Shown piece after piece: positions 1 through 9,948 of a stretch of 64,000 nt of DNA. This DNA comes from Dehalococcoidia bacterium (GTDB lineage Bacteria > Chloroflexota > Dehalococcoidia > Lucifugimonadales > UBA3495). The notes below the pieces were generated by a model. It saw only the letters and a program-made list of their open reading frames with translations. It was not told where the DNA came from and did not search any database. The position numbers and the translations under genes were made by a program. Numbering within the stretch: position 1 is the stretch's first letter; every line of letters starts with the position of its first letter. The stretch spans positions 2,808,874-2,872,873 of the forward strand of contig OZ220464.1 in the NCBI GenBank assembly GCA_965115825.1, read 5' to 3'.

Positions 1-1112
1 CGCCGACGCCAATTGCGACTGCTACGCTGTTGCCGGGGGTGACTCAAATGGCAACGGCGACGGCAACGGTGACTCCGACGCCAACTGCGACTGCTACGCT
101 GTTGCCGGGGGTGACTCAAACAGCGACGGCGACGGCAACGGCAACGGTGACGCCGACGCCAACCCGCACGGCGACGCCGACTCGGACGGTGACGCCAACG
201 CCGACCCGCACGGTGACGCCGACACGGACGCGGACGGCGACGCCGACGCACACGGCAACGCCGACTCGGACGCTAACGCCAACGCACACGGCGACGCCGA
301 CGCACACGCCAACGCCGACGCCAAGGGGGAGCGCTTGCGCCGACCTGGAACGGGAACGGGCCGCGCTGGTCGCGTTTTACAATGCTACCGACGGAGATAA
401 CTGGGACAACAATGAAAATTGGCTGAGTGATAAACCATTGAAAGAATGGCATGGGATCAGCACTCGTCACTATACTGATCCTCCTGATCACGATGGCTGT
501 GTCATCCGGATAACTCTGCTTAGCAACAGGTTGAGGGGAGAGATACCGAAGGAGCTAGGGAACCTGAGCAGCGTGCGATCGATAACCCTCTGGAGTAATC
601 AGATGACGGGTGAGATACCGAGGGAACTGGGGAACCTCCGCAGTTTGGAACACTTGTCATTCCTGAGTAACGAGTTGACGGGTGAGATACCGAGGGAACT
701 GGCGAACCTGAGCAACTTGAGAGCGTTAATTCTCAGTGAGAACGAGTTGACAGGTGAGATACCGGAGGAGCTGGGGAGCCTGAGCAAATTGTTCAATTTA
801 GGCCTCGACGATAACGAGTTGACGGGTGAGATACCGGAGGAGCTGGGGAACCTGAGCAATTTGACAGGTTTATACCTCGAAGGTAACAGTTTGACGGGTG
901 AGATACCGGAGGAGCTGGGGGACCTGAGCAATTTGAGCGAGTTACGCCTCGATAATAACGAGTTGACAGGTGAGATACCGGAGGAGCTGGGGAGCCTCAC
1001 TAAATTAACCGTAGTCGTTTTGAGAGGCAACCTGCTGACTGGATGTACCCCGGCCGGCCTTCGCGGCGCTCTCGTTGGGAGACCCGATGAGAATCCACCG
1101 TTTTGCGAATAG
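1..1112 (+). CDS. Pro/Thr-rich linker + plant-type leucine-rich repeat (LRR) protein, 5' end outside the window
   Basis: TPTPT/TATAT stalk, '[29 protein letters not shown]' cap, about 8 repeats of 24 aa LxxNxLTGEIPxELGNL. Confidence 0.9.
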   Translation, partial: PTPIATATLLPGVTQMATATATVTPTPTATATLLPGVTQTATATATATVTPTPTRTATPTRTVTPTPTRTVTPTRTRTATPTHTATPTRTLTPTHTATPTHTPTPTPRGSACADLERERAALVAFYNATDGDNWDNNENWLSDKPLKEWHGISTRHYTDPPDHDGCVIRITLLSNRLRGEIPKELGNLSSVRSITLWSNQMTGEIPRELGNLRSLEHLSFLSNELTGEIPRELANLSNLRALILSENELTGEIPEELGSLSKLFNLGLDDNELTGEIPEELGNLSNLTGLYLEGNSLTGEIPEELGDLSNLSELRLDNNELTGEIPEELGSLTKLTVVVLRGNLLTGCTPAGLRGALVGRPDENPPFCE

Positions 1113-1175
1113 GGGGAGTCTGGCTGTGAGACGGATTGGGGCATTGTCCAGTGATAAGGCATTGGATTACATACG

Positions 1176-2584
1176 ATGAGCGGGAGGAGGAGCGGGATGG
1201 GCCGACGGTCGAGGAGACGATGATGGGGCTGGGCGGCGCTGGCGGGTTCCCGGGTGGCTGAAACTCTTGCTGGTTGGGCTGCTGTTGCTGCTGTTGGCGG
1301 GGCTGGCCGCATATCTACTGTCTTCCTGTCGGGACGGAGGAGCCGGTCAAGGCATTTGATGCGCCGCCATCGGTATTGACGACTGTTCCGACGGATACGC
1401 CTGACTTGACGGACACGCCGGTTCCTACCGCGGCGTTTCATCCCGCCTTTACGCCGACGGTTCCGGCGGCAACCGCTATGCTCGTACCGGCGGCGATGGC
1501 GACAGCTACGCCAACGCCGGTACCGGTACCGACGAATATGGCGCCGCTGGCGTTGACGCATACCGCCACGCCAACGCTGGCGCCAATTGCAACGGCGGCG
1601 GCAACACGTGCGCCGACGGCGACAACCGTACCGTCCGGAACGGCGGTAGTGGGGCTGACGGGCACGGCGAGGCCAACGGATACGGCGACATCCGTACCAA
1701 CTCAAAGGCTACGGCGTTGCTGACGGTAACGGCGACGCCCAACTCCGACTGTTACGCCAGCGCCGGGGTTGACTCGAACAGCAACGGCGACGGCACCGAT
1801 GACGGCGACGCCGGCGCCGGGGCTGACTCGCACGGGTACGCCGACTCAAACCGCAACGCTAACGCGGACACCGACGGCGACGCACACGCCAACGCCAACC
1901 CACGGGGCGACGGCGACGCACACGTTGACGCCAACGCCAACCCGCACAGGTACGCCAACTCAAACTGCAACGCCGACGCCAACCCGCATGGCAACGCCGA
2001 CTCGAACGTTGACGGCAACGCCAACCCACACGGCGACGCCGACTCGAACGTTGACGCCAACGCCGACCCACACGGCGACGCCGACTCGAACGTTGACGCC
2101 AACGCCGACCCACACGGCGACGCCGACTCGAACGTTGACGCCGACGCCAACCCACACGGCGACGCCGGTGCGCAGCGCTTGCGCCACCTTCAAACGGGAA
2201 CGGGCCGCGCTGGTCGCGTTTTACAATGCTACCGGCGGGGATGGCTGGATATACAATGAAAATTGGCTGAGTGATAAACCACTGGGAGAATGGTGGGGGG
2301 TTGTTACTGATAGCGATGGTTGCGTCATCAGAATTTCTCTCACCGCTAACGGGTTGACGGGGAAGCTGCCGAAGGAGCTGGGGAACCTGCGCAACCTGAT
2401 AATGTTAACCATCGAAGATAACGACTTGAGAGGAGATATACCGGAGGAGCTGGGGAACCTCACCAAATTAAGGGTGATTTATCTCGAACGTAACCGGCTG
2501 AGCGGGTGTGTGCCGGCCGCTTTGCGCGGCGTAGCAGCACTGGGCGGAGCGGTTTATAGTATGACTGTACCGTTTTGCGATTAG
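1176..2584 (+). pseudogene. Second PT-stalk LRR protein with N-terminal TM helix, frameshifted; 1769-2584 is the intact C-terminal part
   Basis: The WLKLLLVGLLLLLLAGLAA TM segment (~1255-1320), the P/T/A-rich segment and the LRR segment lie in different frames; LRR cap nearly identical to the upstream gene. Confidence 0.7.
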
Positions 2585-2746
2585 GGAGATAAGGGAGCGG
2601 CTGTCGGCCGAGACTTTCGTCTTTGATATGCTGGCCGGGCACGATGCGGTGGGGACGGTTTGGTTGACGCTGGGTTTTGGCGGCGCCTATACTCGGTTGG
2701 CCTGCCTTTGGGCGGGTTAATATTGGGAGCATGGGGGTGGTTTGTA

Positions 2747-3586
2747 ATGACGCAGGGAGCGCCGCATCAGCGGGATTTGGCGGGAGAATCGTGGGATCCG
2801 GGGCAGTATCTGAAATTTGCCGACCATCGGCTGCGGCCGGCTTTGGACTTGATGGGGCGGATACCGCCGGAGAATCCGCAGGTTGTGTATGACCTGGGCT
2901 GCGGGAGCGGCAACGTAACCCGCCTGCTGGCGGAACGCTGGCCGGAGGCGGACGTGGTGGGCGTGGACAACTCGCCGGAGATGCTGGAGCGCGCGGCATC
3001 GGGAGGCTCCGGCGCCCTGTCGGGACGGGTGCGTTGGCAGACGGGAGACCTGGCGGACTGGCGGCCGGACTGTACGCCGTCAATTCTGTATTCCAACGCG
3101 GCCATCCAGTGGGCGGCGGACCATCATGAGCTGGTGCCGCGGCTGTGGAATCTGCTGCCCTCCGGGGGGTGCCTGGCGGTGCAGGCGCCGCTGAGCTGGG
3201 ATATGCGGTCGCATCATCTGATGCGGGAAACGCTGGCCGACGGCGGGCCGGGCGGGCAGCCCGTCGGCTCGGAGGAGCTGCGGCGGGCCGTGGGCAACCG
3301 CTGGGTGCAGGATCCTGATTTTTACTATGACCTGCTGGCTCCGGGAGCGGCGCATCTGGACGTGTGGACGACGGAATACCAGCACGTTTTGAGCGGCGAC
3401 GACGCAGTGCTGGAGTGGGTTAGAAGCACGGGGCTGCGGCCAATCCTCAACGGCCTGTCGGACGGCGACCGGGAGGCATATCTGGCCGAATATCGCCGGC
3501 GGCTGAACGCGGAGTATCCCCGGCGGGCGGACGGGGTTACGCTGTATCCGTTCCGCCGGCTGTTCTTTGTGGCAATACGGAAGTGA
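2747..3586 (+). CDS. tam: trans-aconitate 2-methyltransferase-like SAM methyltransferase
   Basis: WDPGQYLKFADHRLRPALDL, DLGCGSG, SNAAIQW, C-terminal YPFRRLFFVA. Confidence 0.85.
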   Translation: MTQGAPHQRDLAGESWDPGQYLKFADHRLRPALDLMGRIPPENPQVVYDLGCGSGNVTRLLAERWPEADVVGVDNSPEMLERAASGGSGALSGRVRWQTGDLADWRPDCTPSILYSNAAIQWAADHHELVPRLWNLLPSGGCLAVQAPLSWDMRSHHLMRETLADGGPGGQPVGSEELRRAVGNRWVQDPDFYYDLLAPGAAHLDVWTTEYQHVLSGDDAVLEWVRSTGLRPILNGLSDGDREAYLAEYRRRLNAEYPRRADGVTLYPFRRLFFVAIRK

Positions 3587-3656
3587 CGCTGTCGCGCAAT
3601 TCAAATGTCATTCCTGTCGTTCCCGCTGGCGCGGGAATTCAGAGGGAGGTGCAACG

Positions 3657-4595
3657 ATGACGGTTCTGGTTCTGGGCGGCGCGGGTTTTATCGGGCCGCG
3701 GGTGATTCGCAAGCTGGTGGAGCGCGGCGAGGACGTGTACGCTACGGACATTAACCCGCTGCCGGAGATTGCCGGCATTGATAAGGGCGCCGTCCGCAGC
3801 GCGCGGGTGGACATAACAGACTTTGAGCAGGTTACGCGGGCGATTGTGGAGTCGCGGCCCGACCGCATCATCAACCTGGCGTACCTGCTGGGCGGCGGAG
3901 AGGGCAATCCACACCACCAGATGCGGCTGAACATCCTGGGGATGGACAACTGCTTTGAGGCGGGCCGGCTGCTGGGCGTGAACCGTATCGTTTATGCAAG
4001 CTCCGTTGCCGTCAGCGGGCAGCAGTCCAACTTTGGCGACCGGGCAATCAATGAGGACGAGGCGACTTACGGCGACAGCCAGTACGCAACGCACAAGATT
4101 TTCAACGAGTTCCAAGCCAGGATGTTCAACGAGAACTATGGAATGTCCATTACGGGCATCCGGCCGGCGAATGTGACGGGGCCGGACAAGGTGCGCGGCT
4201 CTACGGACCACGTGCGCTGCGTAACGCTGCCGGCGCGGGGAGAGGCGGTGAGTTTTCCATATCGGGAGATGATGCGGCTGCCGATACACGTTGAGGATAT
4301 TGCGGAGGCCTTTGTGCGGGTGTCGCTGGTGGAGCGCAGCGCGTATCCGGTGTACAACTCCGGCGGCGTTCCCATCAGCCTGGGCGACCTGGCCGAGATG
4401 GTGCGGGGGTATCTGCCGGACGCGCAAATCAGCTTTGACAACGAGGGGGGCCGGGAACACTCGGGCAACTACCTGGTGGACAACAGCCGGCTGCTGTCGG
4501 AGTTTGAGCTGACCTACGCACCGCTGGAGCAACGGGTGCTGGAAATCATCAACGAGGTGCGGATGGACGAGGGGCTGCCGCCGGTGGGCGCGTAG
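3657..4595 (+). CDS. NAD-dependent epimerase/dehydratase (extended SDR)
   Basis: GGAGFIG Rossmann motif, ASS, YATHK (YxxxK); GGAGG RBS. Confidence 0.85.
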   Translation: MTVLVLGGAGFIGPRVIRKLVERGEDVYATDINPLPEIAGIDKGAVRSARVDITDFEQVTRAIVESRPDRIINLAYLLGGGEGNPHHQMRLNILGMDNCFEAGRLLGVNRIVYASSVAVSGQQSNFGDRAINEDEATYGDSQYATHKIFNEFQARMFNENYGMSITGIRPANVTGPDKVRGSTDHVRCVTLPARGEAVSFPYREMMRLPIHVEDIAEAFVRVSLVERSAYPVYNSGGVPISLGDLAEMVRGYLPDAQISFDNEGGREHSGNYLVDNSRLLSEFELTYAPLEQRVLEIINEVRMDEGLPPVGA

Positions 4596-4619
4596 GCGAC
4601 ATTCGCAGGATAAGGCATC

Positions 4620-5012
4620 ATGTGGCAAAATGTAAAATACTACGCGCTGGCTTATGCCATCATGGTCGTCGGCGCATTGCTGTCATCCACTTTCCAGATA
4701 TTGGGTGACCAGTTCCCCGTGGGGCATCCGATAAGTACGGTATCGGCCAACCTGTCCGGGGTGACGGTAGGAGGTCTCTTCATGGTGATTGGATTTCTCA
4801 GGGACGGGCGGGTTGAGGAGGAACGCAAGCGGACTGAGGAGGAGCGCAAACGGGCCGAGGCGGCCGAGGCGCGGGCCGAGGCGGCGGAAGTCCGGGCGCA
4901 GCAGGAGCGCGAACGGGTTGACCGCCTGTTGGAGCGTTACGAAGTGATAACGGAAACGCTCATCAGGCGGCTGAATGAACCCAACGGCAACGGCAAGGGC
5001 GGCGCTGCGTAA
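4620..5012 (+). CDS. Small membrane protein, two TM helices plus coiled-coil tail
   Basis: Two hydrophobic segments then EEERKR/AEAAEAR repeats. Confidence 0.7.
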   Translation: MWQNVKYYALAYAIMVVGALLSSTFQILGDQFPVGHPISTVSANLSGVTVGGLFMVIGFLRDGRVEEERKRTEEERKRAEAAEARAEAAEVRAQQERERVDRLLERYEVITETLIRRLNEPNGNGKGGAA

Positions 5013-5032
5013 ATGCAGCGACGACGCGGGGT

Positions 5033-6619
5033 TCAGGATCTGGCAGTGGCATAGGGCAGGTGCTCGCCGATGTAGCCGACGATGAAGGTGTCGGTTACGT
5101 CGTCCTTGTCGAAGTAAATTTGCAGGCCGCTGCTGGATCCCTGGTAGGTGAGGTGTCGGGTAATGGTTACGTGTCGCTCATTTTCCTGGTCGCTGAAAGA
5201 GCGCTTTGCGCCGTAGAGGGACATGGTGGCTTCGGATTCGTCATCGGCGTGTTTCCAGCCGGTGATCTGGGTGAAGTAATTGTCCCAGGGGCCGATGGCG
5301 CCGTTTGGGGTGTTGTACCAGGCTCGGGCCAGTTTGTTGATGGCTTCGAGGGCGGCGACGATTTCTACGCCGTTGGGGCGGGGCTTGCCGTAGTTGGCCA
5401 AGGCCTTGTCGCAGTTGGTCAGGAAGCGCAGTTTGGGGAACCGTTCCGGGTCGGCGATGGCGTCTATCACGGTGTTGTGGCGGTTGCCGTTGATGGGAGA
5501 TTCCGGATCCGCGTTGGCGTTCCGGTCGCCGCTTTGCTCTGCGTCGGGTTGGCTGTTGGCGTCGTAGGACGGTTCGTATTGGGCCAGGCGTTCGCGGAGT
5601 TCGGCGATGGCGGTTTCGGCTTCCTGGAGTTTATCCTCCAGGGTATTAATGCGCTGTTGAGCCGCTATGCTCATTGAGCCGGGGGATGCGTCGGCGCCCA
5701 ATTCGCCAAGCGCTTCGGCCGCATCTGTGACGTCGTTGGTCATTGAAAGCAAGGATTGGGAAACCGACGCCTGCAAGGATACCCTTTCCAGCAGATGCAG
5801 CAAAGTAATGACATTGCTCCCGAGCAGCTCGTCGGCAATCCGTTCCCGTTCCTCGTGGATGAGCGCCGCTGCCGGTTCGGGGTCGGTTTGCGTCATGCGC
5901 AGGCGGTTGCCGTCGGCGTCGGGATAGCGGGAAAAGAGGGCAATCTTTGCATGGATCCAATCGGGGAGTTGGTCGATAGGCAGGTGGCGGCTCAATGCCA
6001 GCTGCTGGGATGCGCTGATGGGGACGACGACGGCCCAGCCTCCCTGCGCGTCGGCCAGTTCACGGAGCTCGGCATCCTGCTGCCCGTCTTCCGTCAGGAC
6101 GATGGCAGAATCGTGGACGCCGGAAAACAGGTCGTCAATGGCTGCGATGGGTTGGGCGTCATCGGGCCGGGCGTCGGCGTGGGTGCGGTCGGAGCTGATG
6201 GAGTCGATGGCGCGCTCGAGGCCGGCGGGGCCGGCTTTGTCGTCCCAGGGGAGTTCGGCGTGAGCGAGGGCATCGGGCAGGAAGGCCATAGCGATGCAGT
6301 GCGCGCCCGGCTGCTCCGTTTCGGGATAAGCGTAAGTGATGATGCAGCCGTAGTAGGGCTCGGCGCCGGCGGGAGCATAACTCGCGGCGACCAGGCGCAT
6401 TTGCTTAAACTCGCCGCCGTCCAGCTTGATGACGCGGATGGACAGGGTCATTTCGTCGTTATGCCATTCGCGGACGGGCAAGGAGCCGCGCAATTGCTTG
6501 TCGGCCTGGCTTTTGTAGGCGCCGGCGTGGGAGACGGCCCAATCGCGGGCCAGGCGGTCGGCGTTGCGAAGCTGGCTGCGGCCGGTCAGGGGAACGGATC
6601 GTTGGATGATGCTGGTCAT
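5033..6619 (-). CDS. Hypothetical protein with coiled coil and a C-terminal domain of possible RelE-like fold
   Basis: 528-aa ORF with RBS; coiled coil QQRINTLEDKLQEAE..; C-terminal RHL..LQIYF..IVGYIGEHLP. Confidence 0.65.
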   Translation of the reverse strand: MTSIIQRSVPLTGRSQLRNADRLARDWAVSHAGAYKSQADKQLRGSLPVREWHNDEMTLSIRVIKLDGGEFKQMRLVAASYAPAGAEPYYGCIITYAYPETEQPGAHCIAMAFLPDALAHAELPWDDKAGPAGLERAIDSISSDRTHADARPDDAQPIAAIDDLFSGVHDSAIVLTEDGQQDAELRELADAQGGWAVVVPISASQQLALSRHLPIDQLPDWIHAKIALFSRYPDADGNRLRMTQTDPEPAAALIHEERERIADELLGSNVITLLHLLERVSLQASVSQSLLSMTNDVTDAAEALGELGADASPGSMSIAAQQRINTLEDKLQEAETAIAELRERLAQYEPSYDANSQPDAEQSGDRNANADPESPINGNRHNTVIDAIADPERFPKLRFLTNCDKALANYGKPRPNGVEIVAALEAINKLARAWYNTPNGAIGPWDNYFTQITGWKHADDESEATMSLYGAKRSFSDQENERHVTITRHLTYQGSSSGLQIYFDKDDVTDTFIVGYIGEHLPYATARS

Positions 6620-6660
6620 TGGGTTGGCCTCACGGCGCGGGATGCAGGGTTAGGGAGACC

Positions 6661-6826
6661 ATTATAATCTATTCGGCTGACCGAACGCGCGTCGCTCCGG
6701 GCTGCCGGTCGGCGCGTGATATGGCTGCGGGAGAGGTGAGGGATTGCCCCATGGCGCTACCCGACCCTATGACGTTTGTCAGCTTTAGGCGCCCGTTCCA
6801 TCGGGCCGACTAGAACCTGCTGGCGC
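6661..6826 (+). repeat. Degenerate copy of the promoter/RBS/5' end of the LLM gene at 9949
   Basis: 6751 encodes MALPDPMTFVSFRRPFHRAD vs MALPDRMKFGIFMGPFHRAG; ccgttccatcgggccg shared; upstream tataat..cggct.accga also shared. Confidence 0.75.
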
Positions 6827-6864
6827 AGTGCTGCGCAAAGCTTGCGTCTGCGTGGGGCTGCTGG

Positions 6865-8421
6865 TTAGGCTATTGTCATTCGGGTTTGCGTGTTGCCTAC
6901 GAAGTAGCGCGGGTCAACGGGCGGCAGTTTGGGGCGCGCCCGCTTGGTCAGCATTTCCTGGACGCTCAACACCTGCATCCGAGGGTAACGCTCGCCGCGC
7001 AGGGTTACATCGCCCTGCTGGCGGGCATAGACTCGCAGCGATTCGTTGGGCGGGTACAGCGTTACCATCAGCGGACATGGGGGCTTTGACTTTCCGGTTC
7101 TGCCACTCGGTTTGGACGCCGAGCAGCTTCTGCATATCGGGGCGGCCGATCTGGCCCTGGTGCATCTTGACCTGGATGGGGATGACTTCCCCGCGCTCGG
7201 TGAAATAGCGGGCGTCCACGCCGCCATCGCCGATTTTCTTGCCGTTGGGGACGGCGTTGAGCAGGCCGGCCACTTTGTCCTCGGCCCAGGCCCAGCCGGG
7301 CAGCCCGTCTTCGGCGTCGGATTCGTGCTTCAATGCCCGTTGCTCAAAGTCTGCCCATTCGTAGTCTTCCCAGCCCATCTTGTGAACGACGGGCGTGGCC
7401 GCGCCGCCCCGGGAGGTCAGCCGCTGCTCCATAACCCGCACGGCGATGGCGCTTACGTCAATGCCCAGGTACTTGCGGCCCAGCTTGGCGGCGGCGTCCG
7501 CTGCCGTGCCACAGCCGCAGAACGGGTCGAGCACCAAGTCGCCCTCGTTGCTGCTGGCGCTGATGATGCGCTCCAGCAGGGCCAGGGGTTTTTGGGTGGG
7601 GTAGCCGACGCGCTCCGGATCAGTGGAGCCAATGTATGGCAAATCCCATACGTCACGCATATTTACTAGATTATAGACACCCTGCTCGTCCTCATAAAAC
7701 TCTGCCGTACCGGCACCGTAATTGATAGTTCCAGGGCGACGACTTTTTGACTTTGTGTAGGCTTTCTCCTTTTGGACGTTGAAGTGCCAGCCAGCACCTT
7801 TAGAGTAATACAACAGAACATCATGCTTTTTAGAGAACTGCCTCCTGCTGGAACCGCCTGTACGGTAACTCCATATAATTTCGTTCCGGAACCACTTTTC
7901 GCCAAAGGTTACGTCCAGTAAAATACGCAGGTAAGCATTGGCGTTGGGGTCGCAGTGGAGGTAGATGCTGCCAGTGGGTTTGAGGACTCGGTACAGCTCG
8001 ACCAGGCGTCGGCCCATGAACAGCGCATAGGCGGCCATTGGGGATGTATCGCCGCTGACCAGGCGGACGGCGTTGATGGCGTTCCGGAGCGGCCCTTCTT
8101 GCAGCCGCTGGTACTGCGTTCGCTCTGTACCGTCCACCGCCAGATGTCCCGCAGTTGGGCGTCAACGCTGCCCTTATCACCAAACGCGGCGACGTAGTTG
8201 TGGTTGCTGTTGAACGGCGGGTCGAGGTAAATCAGGTCGACGCATTCGTCGGGCAGTTCCCTGAGGATGTCGAGGTTGTCGCCGCAGACCAGCGCGTTGC
8301 CGGTCAGGTAGCGGTGATTAGAACTGACATTCGGGGGGGGGGGGGTAGGCTTAATCGACCGCCTGTTTCGCTGGGCGGCGGTCGGTTTAGCCCCGGACTT
8401 GCGGCGGGCGCGGGGCGGCAT
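6865..8421 (-). pseudogene. Beta-class N4/N6 DNA methyltransferase fused to an Mrr-like endonuclease domain; two frameshifts (~8125, ~7065)
   Basis: DLIYLDPPF, YPTQKPLALLERII, VLDPFCGCGT, then DGGVDA..PIQVK; split over three ORFs. Confidence 0.8.
8333..8345 (-). repeat. C13 homopolymer tract in the 5' coding region of the MTase
   Basis: 13 consecutive G on the + strand. Confidence 0.9.
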
Positions 8422-8658
8422 TTGTGCAATCTCCCGGTATTTTGCGTATCACAGGCTGTTATGCCACATTAGTACCAAATAAGGCCGTCTGCGTCAAGCG
8501 GCGCTGCAATCATAGAGCCAGACGCGCTCTCGTCAGATTTTTGCACGAAACCAAAGGCCGTCCGTCCGCAGCTAGCGCCGCCGCCGAAACGACTGGTATA
8601 ATGCCAGTACAAAGGCCAGAACGCTTTACTACACAGACCATACTCGGGCAACCCTATC

Positions 8659-9603
8659 ATGACCACTGCGATTGACAGCGCCGAGCGCGCTCGTTTCCTC
8701 CAAGCCCTGCGCAGCGTACCGGACTTCCGCGATGAAGTCCGCAGCTTACTGCTGGGCGAAGAGTTGCTCCGGCTCCCGGAACGCTTCGCTCAGTTCGTAG
8801 AGAGGGTCGATGCCTTCATCATCAAGGTCGATGCCTTCATCGCGGCCCAGCAGGAGTTCAACGCACAGGTTGCGACCCGGCTAGACGGGGTTGATGACTT
8901 CATAGCGAGCCAGAAGGAATTCAACGCCCGGGTCGATGACTTCATAGCGAGCCAGAAGGAGATCAACGCGAGCCAGAAGGAATTCAACACCCGAGTCGAT
9001 GACTTCATAGCGAGCCAAAAGGAGGTCAACGCGAGCCAGAAGGAATTCAACGCGAGCCAGAAGGAATTCAACGCGAGCCAAAAGGAATTCAACGCGAGCC
9101 AAAAGGAGATCAACGCCCGGGTTGCGGCCCGGCTAGACAGCATGGACAATAGGATACAGCGGATCACCGATGACTTGGGCGACTTGAAAGGGCACGTCGC
9201 CGGACGCATTGCCCGCGAAATAGCCGACAACATCGCAGAAGACTTTGGCTTCAAAATGCTCGCAGTCCTCACCCGCAACGACCTCCGGCAGATGCTGAAT
9301 CAGCACAGTCCCGATGACATCAGTCGTGGAGACCGACTGAGCTTCTATGTAGCCGACCTGGTAGGCAAGGTACTGGACCAAGACGGCAAGGAGCTGTACC
9401 TGACGCTCGAGGCGTCTTACACGGCAGATCGGAGGGATACTGACCGCGCTGTCAGAAACGCCGAATTCGTCACGAGGTTCACCGGCTTACCCGCCGTGCC
9501 AGCCATTGCCAGCCGGCAGAATGACCACGAGGTACAGGAGCTGGTGGAAACCGGCGCCGTACTGTGGCACCAATTCAGCCCACAGGAACTTAGCCCGGAA
9601 TAA
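8659..9603 (+). CDS. Variable-heptad coiled-coil protein with putative PD-(D/E)XK-like C-terminal domain
   Basis: N-terminal FRDEVRSLLLGEELLRLP, 21-nt repeats (ASQKEFN), C-terminal ADLV..LEASYTAD..DTDRA. Confidence 0.8.
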   Translation: MTTAIDSAERARFLQALRSVPDFRDEVRSLLLGEELLRLPERFAQFVERVDAFIIKVDAFIAAQQEFNAQVATRLDGVDDFIASQKEFNARVDDFIASQKEINASQKEFNTRVDDFIASQKEVNASQKEFNASQKEFNASQKEFNASQKEINARVAARLDSMDNRIQRITDDLGDLKGHVAGRIAREIADNIAEDFGFKMLAVLTRNDLRQMLNQHSPDDISRGDRLSFYVADLVGKVLDQDGKELYLTLEASYTADRRDTDRAVRNAEFVTRFTGLPAVPAIASRQNDHEVQELVETGAVLWHQFSPQELSPE

Positions 9604-9948
9604 CCGCCACAGCGCGTTACAAAGCAGCGAGCCCCGCCGAAACGCGAGGCTTTTTATATTCCCAGCACCCCGCAAGGCAATCATCCAACAAGGCGTGTCA
9701 AGCCGATGATTGCCAGCGGCGCATTGCAAACGGATACGCGGTCTCCCCGTAGGCCGCGTGGCTTGCCGCCGCAGCGTATCGCCCATATAATGCGGCTAAC
9801 CGAGATTTTTCAGCGAGCTCATTCTCGCCGGCGGGCTGCCGTCGCATTGCCGGTCGTCGCCGGCAGGCTTGACCCGGCCCATTCGCAAGCTGCGGGCGCG
9901 CCTTTGCCCCGTCGCATCAGCCCGGCGCATCAGGAGGAGGATTTCCCT

